Shown here piece after piece: positions 36,459 to 48,046 of a stretch of 64,000 bases of DNA. The position numbers and the translations under genes were made by a program. A model generated the notes under the pieces. The model ran no database searches. It saw nothing but the letters and a program-made list of their open reading frames with translations, and was not told where the DNA came from. Numbering within the stretch: position 1 is the stretch's first letter; the number at the start of each line of letters is the position of its first letter. The stretch comes from Chitinophagaceae bacterium (GTDB lineage: Bacteria > Bacteroidota > Bacteroidia > Chitinophagales > Chitinophagaceae): positions 21,265 through 85,264 of the forward strand of contig JADJKL010000006.1 in assembly GCA_016706055.1 (NCBI GenBank), given 5' to 3'.

Positions 36459-38207
36459 ATGAAGAACATCGTAAATAAAATATTTGCTTCAAAATACTGG
36501 TGGCTGTTGCTACTGGTTATTTTATTTGCCGTTAACTATATTGCTTCAACTTTTTATGCCCGGTTTGATCTTACTAAAGAAAAGCGATATACACTTAGTA
36601 AGGCAACTAAAGATTTATTAAAAAATCTTGATGATGAAGTGCAGATTGATGTTTTTCTGAAAGGAGAATTTCCGGCAGGATTTAAAAAACTGGCGAATAG
36701 TACAGAAGAGTTCTTAGGATTGATGAAAGACAGGAATAGTTCAAAAGTTCATTACCGGTTTATTTCTCCGCAAGATGAAGTTGTGGGTTCAAGTACTTTG
36801 TATGGCGATTCTTTAGTTTCGATGGGAGCGGTGCCAATAAATCTTACGGTACAGAAAAAAGCTGGTGAAAGCAGCAATATTATTTTCCCAGTAGCTGTAA
36901 TGCATTATAAAGACAGGCAAGCATTGGTTAATTTATATCCTGGTGCCAGTGGAAGAATATCTCAGGAAGAAATCAATAGTGCTGAAGCGTTAATGGAATA
37001 TCAGTTTGCCAAGACGCTTGATAAACTGGTTAAAGATAAAAAACCAGGAATTGCATATTCAATTGGTAATGGTGAAGTGACAGATGGCAGAACATACGAT
37101 TTAGTACAAACACTGGAGCAGGAGTATGTTTTTAAAACAGTAAATATAAAATCACAACCACGAATTCCTGAAGGTGTAGATGTATTATTAATAGTAAAGC
37201 CAACTGAAACATTTACAGAAGAGGAAAAGCTAAAGATTGATCAGTTTGTAATGAATGGTGGAAAACTGTTATGCTTTATAGATAACCTGATTGCTGAACA
37301 GGATAGTCTTGCTATTAAACCTGAAACAATTGCGTTTGACAGAAACCTGAATTTGACTGATCTGTTTTTCAGATATGGTTGTCGCATTAATACTGACCTA
37401 GTAATGGATCTGCAATGTGATTTAATACCAATTGTGGTAGGAGGTACAATGGAGAATCCGCAAATGGAATTTTTGCATTGGAATTATTTTCCCATACTTA
37501 ATCAGGTTAACAGCAGTAGTAATAAGAATTTGGGGTATGTAGCAAGCCGGTTCGCTAATTCAATTGATACAATACAGGTAGAAGGAATTAAAAAGCAACC
37601 ACTATTGGTATCGTCGCCCAATTCAAGAATAATCAGCACTCCTGCATTGATTAGTTTAAATGAAAACAAGAATACACCAGAAGATGAAAAGTTTAAACGA
37701 AATGCAATTCCTGTAGCAATGCTGTTAGAAGGTGAGTTTACATCGCTGTACAGAAACAGGGTGTCTAAGTCTCAGCAAGATAGTTTAAGTGCTTACGGTT
37801 CAGTTTTTAAATCGGCGTCTGCACCAAATAAAATGATAATTGTTGCAGATGGTGATATTGTGTTGAATGAATTTATTCCTCGAGGTAATGATGGGCAACC
37901 TGAACCAATTCCAATGGGCTGGAATAAGTACACTTATACAGAATATTTAAAAAAGAGTGACTTTGGTAAATATTTTATCCCAGTAGCTAATAAAGATTTT
38001 TTGACAAACTGTCTTGATCAGCTGGTGAACAACCCAGCAATTAGTGAAACTCGTAACAAGGATATAGTGCTGAGGTTGATTGATAGTAAAAAGGTAAAAG
38101 AGCAGAAAACAACTTGGCAGTTTATCAATATTGCACTTCCAGTTTTACTAGTTTTATTGTTTGGCTGGGTGTATCAGCAGGTAAGAAAACGTAAATATGC
38201 TGCATAG
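36459..38207 (+). CDS. gldG: Gliding-motility-associated ABC auxiliary protein GldG
   Basis: RFDLTKEKRYTLS, IVVADGDIV, IALPVLLV; follows gldF. Confidence 0.9.
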   Translation: MKNIVNKIFASKYWWLLLLVILFAVNYIASTFYARFDLTKEKRYTLSKATKDLLKNLDDEVQIDVFLKGEFPAGFKKLANSTEEFLGLMKDRNSSKVHYRFISPQDEVVGSSTLYGDSLVSMGAVPINLTVQKKAGESSNIIFPVAVMHYKDRQALVNLYPGASGRISQEEINSAEALMEYQFAKTLDKLVKDKKPGIAYSIGNGEVTDGRTYDLVQTLEQEYVFKTVNIKSQPRIPEGVDVLLIVKPTETFTEEEKLKIDQFVMNGGKLLCFIDNLIAEQDSLAIKPETIAFDRNLNLTDLFFRYGCRINTDLVMDLQCDLIPIVVGGTMENPQMEFLHWNYFPILNQVNSSSNKNLGYVASRFANSIDTIQVEGIKKQPLLVSSPNSRIISTPALISLNENKNTPEDEKFKRNAIPVAMLLEGEFTSLYRNRVSKSQQDSLSAYGSVFKSASAPNKMIIVADGDIVLNEFIPRGNDGQPEPIPMGWNKYTYTEYLKKSDFGKYFIPVANKDFLTNCLDQLVNNPAISETRNKDIVLRLIDSKKVKEQKTTWQFINIALPVLLVLLFGWVYQQVRKRKYAA

Positions 38208-38235
38208 CCAATAATTACAACTTCCCCATTACAAC

Positions 38236-38243
38236 TATCTTTG
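38236..38243 (+). promoter_or_regulatory. -7 box TATCTTTG for terC-alr
   Basis: Matches TAnnTTTG. Confidence 0.6.
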
Positions 38244-38264
38244 CACATCGTATAAATTCAAAAA

Positions 38265-39257
38265 ATGACAACCGATCAGATTACTTATATAGTTTTTGGA
38301 GTTGTGCTTACTGTGGCATTGATCTTTGATCTTGGGTTAATGAGTAAGAAAGGGCAGAAGGTAACTATCCGTCAGGCATTATACCAGACATTTTTTTGGG
38401 TAGGGCTTGCATTGGCTTTTTTCATTTTTATGTGGATTGAGAAAGGTCAGGGGTTAGCATTGGAGTATCTCAGTGCCTATCTGATGGAGTGGAGCCTGAG
38501 CATTGATAATATTTTTGTTTTCATACTCATATTTTCAGCTTTTGGAGTAAAAGAAAAAAACTATGGCCGAGTGCTACTTGCGGGAATTTTAATGGCTATT
38601 GTTTTCAGAATCATCTTTATTACGGTTGGTGTTGCACTCGTAGAGCAGTTCCATTGGATACTTTACATCTTTGGTGTTTTTCTTGTTTATACAGGGTATA
38701 AAATGTTTGTAGCCAAAGGTGATGAAGAATTCAAACCAGAAGAAAGCAAAGTATATAAATGGCTTAAAAAAATTTTTCCCTTAGTGCCACATGACGGCGA
38801 CGGCAAGTACACCGTTAGAATTGACGGCAAAAAGTTTTATACAAGTCTTTTCGTTGTGGTAATAATGTTGGCAGCAATTGACTTGGTATTTGCTTTGGAT
38901 TCTATTCCGGCGGTAATGGGTATTTCAAGAGATAAGCTGGTGATTTATACCTCAAATATTTTTGCAGTATTGGGTTTGCGGTCATTGTTTTTCCTATTAA
39001 GAGGAGCTGTGAGTAAATTCGATTACCTGCAACAAGGAATAGCCATAGTGCTTGTATTTATCGGAGTTAAAATGCTTTGTGAAAAATGGATAAATGAAAT
39101 AGTGGATAAACAAATTCAAGTATTTATTTCTCTCGGAGTAATTATGGTTTGTATTACCGGGTCTATCTTCTATTCCTTATTTATTGATAAAAAAAATTCG
39201 AAGGTAAAAGCTGGAGAAGTAGAAGATATACCAGACGATATTGATGTAAACTTTTGA
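38265..39257 (+). CDS. TerC/Alx family membrane protein
   Basis: EWSLSIDNIFVF, DLVFALDSIPA, SNIFAVLGLRSL. Confidence 0.92.
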   Translation: MTTDQITYIVFGVVLTVALIFDLGLMSKKGQKVTIRQALYQTFFWVGLALAFFIFMWIEKGQGLALEYLSAYLMEWSLSIDNIFVFILIFSAFGVKEKNYGRVLLAGILMAIVFRIIFITVGVALVEQFHWILYIFGVFLVYTGYKMFVAKGDEEFKPEESKVYKWLKKIFPLVPHDGDGKYTVRIDGKKFYTSLFVVVIMLAAIDLVFALDSIPAVMGISRDKLVIYTSNIFAVLGLRSLFFLLRGAVSKFDYLQQGIAIVLVFIGVKMLCEKWINEIVDKQIQVFISLGVIMVCITGSIFYSLFIDKKNSKVKAGEVEDIPDDIDVNF

Positions 39258-41638
39258 TATACACTATTAAAAATATTGCTTCAGTTATCAAGAGAGAAGC
39301 GGTAATAACAAATGATGTACAAATTGAACATCTTTTGTTTGATAGCCGTAAAATCTATTCTCCTCAGTCATCTCTTTTTTTTGCAATTGTTGGAAGCCGT
39401 CGGGATGGGCATCAGTTTATACCAGAAGTATATAAAAAAGGCGTAAGGTCTTTTGTAATTAGTCAAGAAGTTGAGGTAAATAAATTCCCCGAAGCAAATT
39501 TTATTAAAGTGGATGATTGTTTGCAAGCACTGCAAACATTAGGGGCTGAACATAGAAAAAAGTTCACTATACCGGTTATTGGCATTACAGGAAGCAATGG
39601 AAAAACCATTGTAAAAGAATGGCTTTATCAATTACTGCATCAGGATTATAATATTGTTCGAAGTCCAAAAAGTTTTAATTCTCAAATTGGTGTGCCATTG
39701 AGTGTTTGGCAAATGAATGAGCAACATACTTTGGGAATTTTTGAAGCCGGAATTTCTAAACCGGGCGAAATGGATAGACTAGAAAAAATCATCCAACCAA
39801 CGATTGGGGTGCTAACTAATATTGGCGAAGCTCATAGCGAAGGATTTAGTTCGTTAGCACAAAAAGAAAAAGAGAAACGATTATTATTTCGCAATGCAGT
39901 CATTCCGGAATCGGTTGTTTTGAATAGTGTAAAAAAGGAACAGCGTTCAACTATTATTTCTGCCATTTATAAAACCTTCGGTATTACTATAACGATTCCT
40001 TTTAATGATGATGCTTCCATACAGAATGCAATTATCTGTTGGCAGGTAATGTTACATTTGGGATATGACAATAAAGTGATAGCGGAAAGAATGAAGCTCT
40101 TAACACCCGTCAATATGCGACTGGAGTTAAAGAAAGGAATCAATAATTGTTCGATAGTAAATGATAGTTATAGTGCCGATACAAGTTCCTTAGAAATAGC
40201 ACTCAACTTTTTAGATCAGCAAAGTGCTGATGGAAATAAAGCTGTTATTCTATCTGATTTTTTGCAAAGCTCAGTGCCGGATAAGTTGCTGTATGCACAG
40301 ATTTTTAAAAGCCTGCAAAATCATGGAATAAAACGGCTGATTGGAATTGGAGAAAATATTTCTGCTTTTTTCCAATCTCCAAACAAGAGTGAGAATATGC
40401 AGATTCAGCTTTTCTCATCAACAGATGAATTTCTAACGCAATTCCTTTCTTCTCAGTTTAAAGAAGAAGTAATATTGATAAAAGGAGCCAGAGTTTTCGC
40501 TTTCGAACAGATTGTTCAGTTACTAGAACAGAAAGCACATCAAACGGCACTGGAAATCAATCTCAATGCGATTGTTCATAATCTGAAGGAGTATCAGCAA
40601 TGTTTGAACCCTGAAACAAAGATTATGGCAATGGTGAAAGCCTTTGCATATGGAAGTGGCGGTGCAGAAATAGCTGGCATTTTACAATATCATAAAGTAG
40701 ATTATCTGGGAGTGGCTTATGCTGATGAAGGTGTTGAATTACGAAAAGCTGGTATCATGTTACCGATTATGGTAATGAATCCTGAGGAATATGCATTTGA
40801 AACAATCATTGAGCATAATTTAGAACCTGAATTATACTCCTTTGAATTATTACACTCGTTTGATGATTTTTTGCAGCAAGAAGGTATCAAACATTATCCT
40901 GTTCATCTTGAAATTGAAACCGGAATGAACAGACTTGGTTTTTCTGGTGATGATATTGAAAAGCTTTCAGAAAGATTAATTGAAACAAGTTCTTTTAAAG
41001 TTCAAACTGTATTTACTCACTTTGCTGCCAGCGAAGATGTATCTCAAGATGAGTTTACACAGCAGCAATTTTTAATATTTAAAAAAGCGATAAAAAAAAT
41101 AAAGAAAAACCTTGGCTATCCATTTTTAAGTCATATCGCTAATTCGGCGGCCGTTGTTCGCCATCCCGAAATGCAAATGGATATGGTTCGCTTAGGCATT
41201 GGCCTTTATGGAGTGGATAGTACAGGCAGCAATCAATTGAACCTTCAAACAGTTACTACTTTAAAATCAACTGTTGCTCAGATAAAAAATTTAAAGAAAG
41301 GCGAATCTGTAAGTTATAACCGTAAAGCAATTGTAGAAAGAGATTCGGTAATTGCTACCATCAGAATCGGATATGCAGATGGCTATCCAAGAAGGTTGGG
41401 TAATGGAATTGGTAGGGTTTGGGTGAATGGAAAATTAGCTCCTGTAATTGGAACAATTTGTATGGATATGTTTATGATTGATATAACCGACATTGAAAAT
41501 GTAAAAGAAGGTGATGATGTAATCATATTCGGCACCCAACTGCCAGTACAGCAAATTGCAAAATGGGCTAATACAATTCCGTATGAAATAATGACAGGAA
41601 TCTCTCAACGGGTAAAAAGAGTTTATTTTGAAGGATAA
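39254..41638 (+). CDS. alr: Bifunctional MurF-like ligase domain/alanine racemase
   Basis: ITGSNGKT, NDSYSAD; MVKAFAYG, VRLGIGLYG, IGYADG, CMDM. Confidence 0.93.
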   Translation: MIYTIKNIASVIKREAVITNDVQIEHLLFDSRKIYSPQSSLFFAIVGSRRDGHQFIPEVYKKGVRSFVISQEVEVNKFPEANFIKVDDCLQALQTLGAEHRKKFTIPVIGITGSNGKTIVKEWLYQLLHQDYNIVRSPKSFNSQIGVPLSVWQMNEQHTLGIFEAGISKPGEMDRLEKIIQPTIGVLTNIGEAHSEGFSSLAQKEKEKRLLFRNAVIPESVVLNSVKKEQRSTIISAIYKTFGITITIPFNDDASIQNAIICWQVMLHLGYDNKVIAERMKLLTPVNMRLELKKGINNCSIVNDSYSADTSSLEIALNFLDQQSADGNKAVILSDFLQSSVPDKLLYAQIFKSLQNHGIKRLIGIGENISAFFQSPNKSENMQIQLFSSTDEFLTQFLSSQFKEEVILIKGARVFAFEQIVQLLEQKAHQTALEINLNAIVHNLKEYQQCLNPETKIMAMVKAFAYGSGGAEIAGILQYHKVDYLGVAYADEGVELRKAGIMLPIMVMNPEEYAFETIIEHNLEPELYSFELLHSFDDFLQQEGIKHYPVHLEIETGMNRLGFSGDDIEKLSERLIETSSFKVQTVFTHFAASEDVSQDEFTQQQFLIFKKAIKKIKKNLGYPFLSHIANSAAVVRHPEMQMDMVRLGIGLYGVDSTGSNQLNLQTVTTLKSTVAQIKNLKKGESVSYNRKAIVERDSVIATIRIGYADGYPRRLGNGIGRVWVNGKLAPVIGTICMDMFMIDITDIENVKEGDDVIIFGTQLPVQQIAKWANTIPYEIMTGISQRVKRVYFEG

Positions 41639-41723
41639 TGGTTCTTTAAACCCTTTTCCTTCTAACATTTAAGAGTTTCTTGACCTTCTCACTGCCGCTT
41701 TCTTTCCTATATTTGTGCCTTAT

Positions 41724-42434
41724 ATGAAGACACTAAAAGTCCGGCATGTTGCTTTAATTATTGCCACAATTATACTTATCGATCAGGCATTAAAGATCTG
41801 GATAAAAACATCATACCCAACTGGTGAAGTGGTAAGGGTTTTTGGTATGGACTGGTTCCGCTTGCATTTTATAGAAAACCCGGGAATGGCTTGGGGTTGG
41901 AAGTTTGGCAATGAAACAGGAAAAATGATTTTGACTTTGTTTCGTCTTGCAGCGGTAATTTTTGGAACATGGTATATTGGTAAAATAATAAAACAGAAAT
42001 ACAGTCGTGGGTTTATTATTTGTGCCGCACTTATCTATGCAGGTGCTTTAGGTAATTTAATTGATAGCATGTTTTACGGGATGATATTTGACAAAGGCCT
42101 TCACTACGATGCTGCTTTAAATGATTATTTGACTTATCCAGGAATCGCAGCATTTTCTGGTAGCGGATATTCCTCTTTTTTGCATGGCAGTGTTGTTGAT
42201 ATGCTCTACTTCCCGATGTTTAACGGAAACTTTCCAAGCTGGTTACCTTTTGTAGGTGGACAACAGTTTGAATTTTTTAGCCCAATTTTTAATATTGCAG
42301 ACGCATCAATTTCTGTTGGTGTAATTACATTGTTGATTTTTCAAAACCGTTTTTTCAAAAAAAATATTACTGAGGAAAACATAACAACAGTAGAAACGGA
42401 ATCACAAACGAGTGATAATGCTCATGTTTTGTAA
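41724..42434 (+). CDS. lspA: Lipoprotein signal peptidase II
   Basis: DQALK, ENPGMAWG, GALGNLIDS, VVDM, FNIADASI; the -7 box at 41708-41715 favours ATG 41724. Confidence 0.92.
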   Translation: MKTLKVRHVALIIATIILIDQALKIWIKTSYPTGEVVRVFGMDWFRLHFIENPGMAWGWKFGNETGKMILTLFRLAAVIFGTWYIGKIIKQKYSRGFIICAALIYAGALGNLIDSMFYGMIFDKGLHYDAALNDYLTYPGIAAFSGSGYSSFLHGSVVDMLYFPMFNGNFPSWLPFVGGQQFEFFSPIFNIADASISVGVITLLIFQNRFFKKNITEENITTVETESQTSDNAHVL

Positions 42435-42457
42435 GTATAGAATAATAAGTATTTTTA

Positions 42458-44775
42458 TTATTTATTCTGTTTCAATATTATTTTTTGAATAAGTGTTCCT
42501 GCAGATTCTGCTCTTAAAAAATAAATTCCGTTACTAAGTAATTCCGTTTTATCTATTACAAGAGTATTCACTCCTTCGGTAATAGTAAATTCTTTTTTTC
42601 TTACAACTTTTCCTGACTGATCTAGAATTTCCGCTTTAACGATTCCTGTTTTCACGGACGATACATCAAAACTAACTTGGTTGTTGAATGGGTTAATAAC
42701 GGATAGCAAGGTGAATATTTCCTGCTTGGACGATAACTGTATTATCCTCGAATAAGTAATATGGCCACTCTGGCTAATCATTTTATGCGATAGAATGTTT
42801 TACCGCTTAATTGATTTGGATCTGTAAACAAATAAGTATTTTTTTCAGTAGAATAATCAGTATAGCTACTTACTATACTTATTTGGCTAAAGCTGGTGCC
42901 ATTCAAACTTTTTTCAATAGCAAATTCTATTGGCTCCGTTTCGTCAGTTGTTGTCCATTGCAAGGCAGCTTTGTCATTAGTGTTTCGGCCTGTAAATGAA
43001 ATAAGTTTTGCACTTAGAATAGGTCCACAATTAATAACTTTTAATCGAATTCGTAGCGGATCAGTAAAGCTGCAATTAGTGTTTGAAAGATTAGCAATTG
43101 TGGTTGCAGCTACTACTCTGTACATATCGCCATTATTAATCATCTGGGTGAATGCTACAGGCACTGTATAAAGTGTTACATATTCCCATGCTGTGCCGTT
43201 CCATACCGGCGAGCCGACACCTGTAGCTCCGGCAATATCATTCCATATTGTACCGCCATCGGTACTTCGTTGCCATTTGTATTGTGTATAATTATTAAAG
43301 AAAGAACGAATAGTATCTGATAATACAATCACATTACTATCACATACTATTGGATTATATATTGGACCATATTTCATATTTGGAGAGCAAGTGGCAACTG
43401 TAATATCATCGAGTGCCCAGTCATTGCCTCCTCCGCCCGGTGCATTATTAAAGTATTTTAATGTAAAGCTTGTTTGTGCTGCACCGGTTAAAAAGGTAAA
43501 CCCTTTTTTAACCCATCGACCAGAATACAACAGATTGCCAGTGGTATAATAATCAATTCCATCTACTTCAAATGTAATATTAGGTGCTACACCCGAAGAG
43601 TCTCCAGGTCCGGTTGGAATGTAAAATGTAGGACCGCTGCCATTCGTTGCTCCTTTTCCATTGGAATCACATCCGCATTTAGAACAGATGTTTCTCATCC
43701 AACAGGATATTTCATAATAAGTATTTGGGCAAAGACCTGAAATTGTTTGCTGAAATGCAGAGTCAATCCGATAAGCAGCATTAATGACTAACATATATCC
43801 GGCATTGGGATTGGCGACTGTATCTGCAGCAGGGTTACCTGCAATAGGATCGGCAGCACCGGTATGATCGCCAATAATATCCCACACTCCAAAAACTCTG
43901 TGTGTGGGTGAAGAATTATCAGGGTAAGCCCATGCATTCGATGTTGTATAATTAACTCTTGTTGAAGTATTGTTCGCTATACCATAATAATAGTCTTGTG
44001 GTGAATTGAGATCAAAATAATTATAAGTGTATCCTACAGGCACATTAGCAGACGTTCCCCTGTTTCTGGGTTGTCCACTACCAAATGTTCCATTAAACTC
44101 CGTGCCGATTGCATTACCGCCAATAGTATTTGAACAAATGCCATAGTTAGGATAAACTTTTAGAATATTGTCTGGGAATGTAAAAGTTCTAACTGAAGAT
44201 GCACCACTTTTATAAGTCATGGTACCGCCGCCAGTACTAATGTTAGTGCCTGTAGCAGCCGTTACTCTTACTCGGAATGAGCCAATCATAATACAAGCAC
44301 TACCATAAAATGATGGCTTGTGAGAACTTCTTATTTGTCCTCTTCGAAAAGCTGTTGAAGGAGAGTTTGCAGTATTATATCCAAGGTTTATTGTAATAGT
44401 TGATCCTGTTATCCAACCTTGATCGTCTCCATAAGCATTTGTAAAGGCTTTATAAACCTTTCCTTCGTTTGTAAGAACTTTAATTGTATTATTAATATAT
44501 GTAGTTCCAGCTGGTATCACATCTTGATAGCGGCAACTGTCGTAGGTTCCTGAACGAACAACAAAAGCTGCCCTAATCTCTAATGTATCTCCTGTCTCAA
44601 CAGTTCCACCATTTTGGCCTTTTGTTATATTGATATAGCTTTTTCCGAAATCAATATTCTGCGCATTGGAATATTGAGTACTAAAAACCATCAACAATAC
44701 TGATGAAAGTAACAGGCGCAATCTAAAAACAATGTTGGGTACAGTTTTTTTCATAGACAGGATTTTCGGGTTCAC
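42458..44775 (-). pseudogene. T9SS type-A CTD secreted protein split by a -1 frameshift at T4 42781-42784
   Basis: Signal peptide; ...TFYRIK|MISQSGHITYS... then a CTD (NPFN, LSNGIYFL, IQKIILKQ). Confidence 0.8.
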
Positions 44776-44976
44776 TAATCTTACTCCTGAATATAAAATT
44801 AGATTAACCTAATGCATCTGTCAATAGGATTTTTTAGTATTTCGGCACAAAATTCCCCGTGGGTTTTACAGGGTAGTATTAGCAATTTGCATCAGAAAAT
44901 ACGGGACACTTTTTTTAAAAATTAATTTCTATCACTCATTAAATATTTCTGTTGATATTTTATAGGGTAATATTGA

Positions 44977-45000
44977 AAAACCCCCAATATTGGGGGTTTT
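44977..45000. repeat. Perfect 24-bp palindrome
   Basis: aaaacccccaatattgggggtttt. Confidence 0.8.
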
Positions 45001-45067
45001 ATAATGGTTAAATGCTCAAGGGTACTAGTTATAATACCTTAGTGTAATTGCTTGTTTGAGAAGAGTA

Positions 45068-45286
45068 TTATCTTTTAAGTAATGAACTTTCTTTTATGTA
45101 ACGCAAAGCTGCATTTAGGTCAGGAGTAGAAAGATTGATTTTCTTTTCGGCATTAACCGGCGACGGTGTTGCGGAAAGGATAGCTTTTAAATAAGGCGTT
45201 TTCTTTTCTTCAGTCCTTGGTAGCTCTGACTTAATTATTTTTAGTGGAGCTGCGAATAAATTTCGCAAGGGAACAATACTTTTCAT
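45068..45286 (-). CDS. Small hypothetical protein (72 aa)
   Basis: ATG start after an A-rich leader; isolated in the spacer between terminator-like hairpins. Confidence 0.45.
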   Translation of the reverse strand: MKSIVPLRNLFAAPLKIIKSELPRTEEKKTPYLKAILSATPSPVNAEKKINLSTPDLNAALRYIKESSLLKR

Positions 45287-45382
45287 ACGGTGGGTGTTTT
45301 GTTTTTAAAAGGTGTTGGATTAAATCGGATGTTAAATTAGATTAAAGAATAATTATTTGCAAGTTTTCATATCAAAAATATT

Positions 45383-45407
45383 AAAAGGGAAGACAAGCTT
45401 CCCTTTT
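45383..45407 (-). terminator. Terminator after fumC
   Basis: aaaagggaag / cttccctttt. Confidence 0.7.
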
Positions 45408-45429
45408 AATATCGTTATTTTACTATTAT

Positions 45430-46830
45430 TTAACTGAGTTTGCCAACCATATCAACAGGTCTTACCCATTGATCAAACTCGGCAGCTGTTACATAGCCAA
45501 GTTTAACGGCCATTTCTTTTAGTGTAGTTCCTTCTTTATGTGCTTTTTGTGCAATTTCAGCGGCTTTATAGTACCCGATTTTTGTGTTCAGCGATGTAAC
45601 CAGCATCAGGCTGTTATCAAGATGCTTCTTAATATTGGCTTCAATCGGCTTCAGGCCAACGGCACATTTATCATTAAATGAAACGCATCCATCTCCAATT
45701 AATCTTGCACTATGCAAAAAGTTGTAAATCATTACTGGTTTAAAAACATTCAGTTCAAAATGACCATTGCTTCCTCCAATACTTATCGCCACATCATTCC
45801 CCATTACTTGTGCAGCAATCATTGTAAGTGCTTCACATTGTGTTGGGTTTACTTTGCCTGGCATAATAGATGAGCCTGGTTCATTATCTGGAATAAAAAT
45901 TTCTCCAATACCACTTCTTGGTCCGGAAGAAAGCATTCGTATATCGTTTGCAATTTTCATCAGACTTACTGCAACGGTCTTTAATGCACCATGTGCTTCT
46001 ACTATTGCATCATGTGCAGCCAAAGCTTCAAATTTATTCTCGGCAGTTTTAAATGGCAAGCCAGTAAGCTTAGCAATTTGCTTTGCTACATTCTCTGCGT
46101 ATTTCGGCGGAGTGTTGATGCCGGTACCAACAGCAGTTCCACCCAAAGCCAATTCGCTTAAATGGGCCAATGAGTTTTTAATAGTTTTCATGCCATGATC
46201 TAATTGAGAAACATAACCACTAAATTCTTGCCCAACTGTTAAAGGAGTTGCATCCATAAAGTGAGTACGGCCAATCTTTACCACTTTCATGTATTGCTTG
46301 CTCTTCTTTGCCAGCGTATCTCTTAATTTTTTTATTCCAGGCAATGTTGTTCCAACTAAAATTTTGTAGGCTGCAATGTGCATAGCAGTAGGAAAGGTGT
46401 CGTTTGATGATTGTGATTTATTTACATCATCATTTGGATGCAGAAATTTTTCTTTATCTGTTAGCTTGCCGCCTTTTAATACATGACCACGGTAAGCAAC
46501 AACTTCATTCACATTCATATTGCTTTGTGTGCCACTTCCTGTTTGCCAAACTACCAATGGAAAACTATCGTTCAGTGTTCCTTTTAATATTTCATCACAC
46601 ACTTTACCAATAAGTGCTGCTTTATTTTTTGCCAAAACACCAGCTTCGCTATTTGTAATAGCCGCAGCTTTTTTCAAGTAAGCAAATGCCTCAATAATTT
46701 CTTTCGGCATTTTATTAATATCCTGTGCAATTTTGAAATTATCAATGCTGCGTTGTGTTTGGGCACCATAAAGTGCATCAGCAGGCACTTTTACTTCTCC
46801 CATGGTGTCTTTTTCTATTCTGTAGTCCAT
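45430..46830 (-). CDS. fumC: Class II fumarate hydratase
   Basis: [34 protein letters not shown]; true start MDYRIE. Confidence 0.97.
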   Translation of the reverse strand: MDYRIEKDTMGEVKVPADALYGAQTQRSIDNFKIAQDINKMPKEIIEAFAYLKKAAAITNSEAGVLAKNKAALIGKVCDEILKGTLNDSFPLVVWQTGSGTQSNMNVNEVVAYRGHVLKGGKLTDKEKFLHPNDDVNKSQSSNDTFPTAMHIAAYKILVGTTLPGIKKLRDTLAKKSKQYMKVVKIGRTHFMDATPLTVGQEFSGYVSQLDHGMKTIKNSLAHLSELALGGTAVGTGINTPPKYAENVAKQIAKLTGLPFKTAENKFEALAAHDAIVEAHGALKTVAVSLMKIANDIRMLSSGPRSGIGEIFIPDNEPGSSIMPGKVNPTQCEALTMIAAQVMGNDVAISIGGSNGHFELNVFKPVMIYNFLHSARLIGDGCVSFNDKCAVGLKPIEANIKKHLDNSLMLVTSLNTKIGYYKAAEIAQKAHKEGTTLKEMAVKLGYVTAAEFDQWVRPVDMVGKLS

Positions 46831-46951
46831 ACTATAAATGTGTTTTATTGTGGTGCAAAGGTAATTCAATTGACGAAAGTAATTTACTGTAAATCGTATC
46901 TGGAATTCCGTACTTTTAGAAGCCTTCTTAATCAAATAAATTACGCAGACT

Positions 46952-48046
46952 ATGAAGTTTTTGAGTTTATTTATTTCGCTAATAATTACAATATCTTCTG
47001 CTGCACAACGGCAAACAGAGAATATTATAATCATAACAACTGATGGTTTTCGCTGGCAGGAAGTTTTTAAAGGCATGGATTCTGCTATTGCAAATAATCC
47101 AAAGTTTAACCAGGGAGATAGTGAATATATTTTCAAAACCTACTGGAGCAATGATGAAATGGAAAGAAGGAAAAAGCTAATGCCTTTTTTATGGAATACG
47201 GTAGTAACAAAGGGACAGGTTTTTGGAAACAGAACCGCTGGAAGTAAAGTAAATAATGCTAATCCTTATTGGTTCAGTTATCCAGGGTATAGCGAAATAT
47301 TTACTGGTTATACAGATACGGCAATCAATAGTAATGGCTATCCTCCCAATCCAAATGTTACAGTATTAGAATTTTTAAACAAGCAGCCGAAACTAAAAGA
47401 CAAAGTAGCTGCCTTCGGAGCATGGGAAGCTTTTGATAGAATATTAAATGAGGAAAGAAGTGGCGTACCTGTTTTTTCTGCCTTTGATATTTTTGGAGGG
47501 AAAAGCCCAACAGCAAATGAAAAGTTGATGAATGCAATGTTGGAGAATTCGCATAAACCATGGGGAGAAGATGAATGTTTGGATATGTTCACTCATTATG
47601 GAGCTGTTGAATATTTAAAAGCAAGAAAACCCAAAGTGCTCTACATTGCTTATGGCGAAACGGACGAATTGGCACATGCTGGTCAATATCGTTTTTATTT
47701 GGATGCCGGAAAGCAAGTAGATACATGGATTAATGAGATATGGAATTATGTGCAGTCAGATCCGGTGTATAAAAACAAAACAACGTTGCTAATTACATCA
47801 GATCATGGAAGGGGAGATATGGTGAAAACGGAATGGACAAGCCATAATAATAAGATACAAGGCGCTGATGAAATATGGTTTGCTGCTATTGGGCCAGATG
47901 CTCCTGCAAGAGGAGAAATAAAATCAGATATGCAACTTTATCAGCAGCAATTTGCTCAAACTATAGCCAAAATTTTGGGATATACGTTTACAGCAAAGCA
48001 TCCTATAGCTGACGAAATTCTTTATCTATTTAAAATGAAGAAATGA
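46952..48046 (+). CDS. Alkaline-phosphatase/sulfatase superfamily exported enzyme
   Basis: [37 protein letters not shown]. Confidence 0.8.
   Translation: MKFLSLFISLIITISSAAQRQTENIIIITTDGFRWQEVFKGMDSAIANNPKFNQGDSEYIFKTYWSNDEMERRKKLMPFLWNTVVTKGQVFGNRTAGSKVNNANPYWFSYPGYSEIFTGYTDTAINSNGYPPNPNVTVLEFLNKQPKLKDKVAAFGAWEAFDRILNEERSGVPVFSAFDIFGGKSPTANEKLMNAMLENSHKPWGEDECLDMFTHYGAVEYLKARKPKVLYIAYGETDELAHAGQYRFYLDAGKQVDTWINEIWNYVQSDPVYKNKTTLLITSDHGRGDMVKTEWTSHNNKIQGADEIWFAAIGPDAPARGEIKSDMQLYQQQFAQTIAKILGYTFTAKHPIADEILYLFKMKK

Noticed and set aside
39860-39960. MurF-like domain of Alr looks shortened
   Set aside because: Cannot be separated from normal family length variation without an alignment
46831-47136. 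102-aa N-terminal extension of FumC in the ORF track
   Set aside because: Runs through the promoter and the divergent gene; real start is MDYRIE
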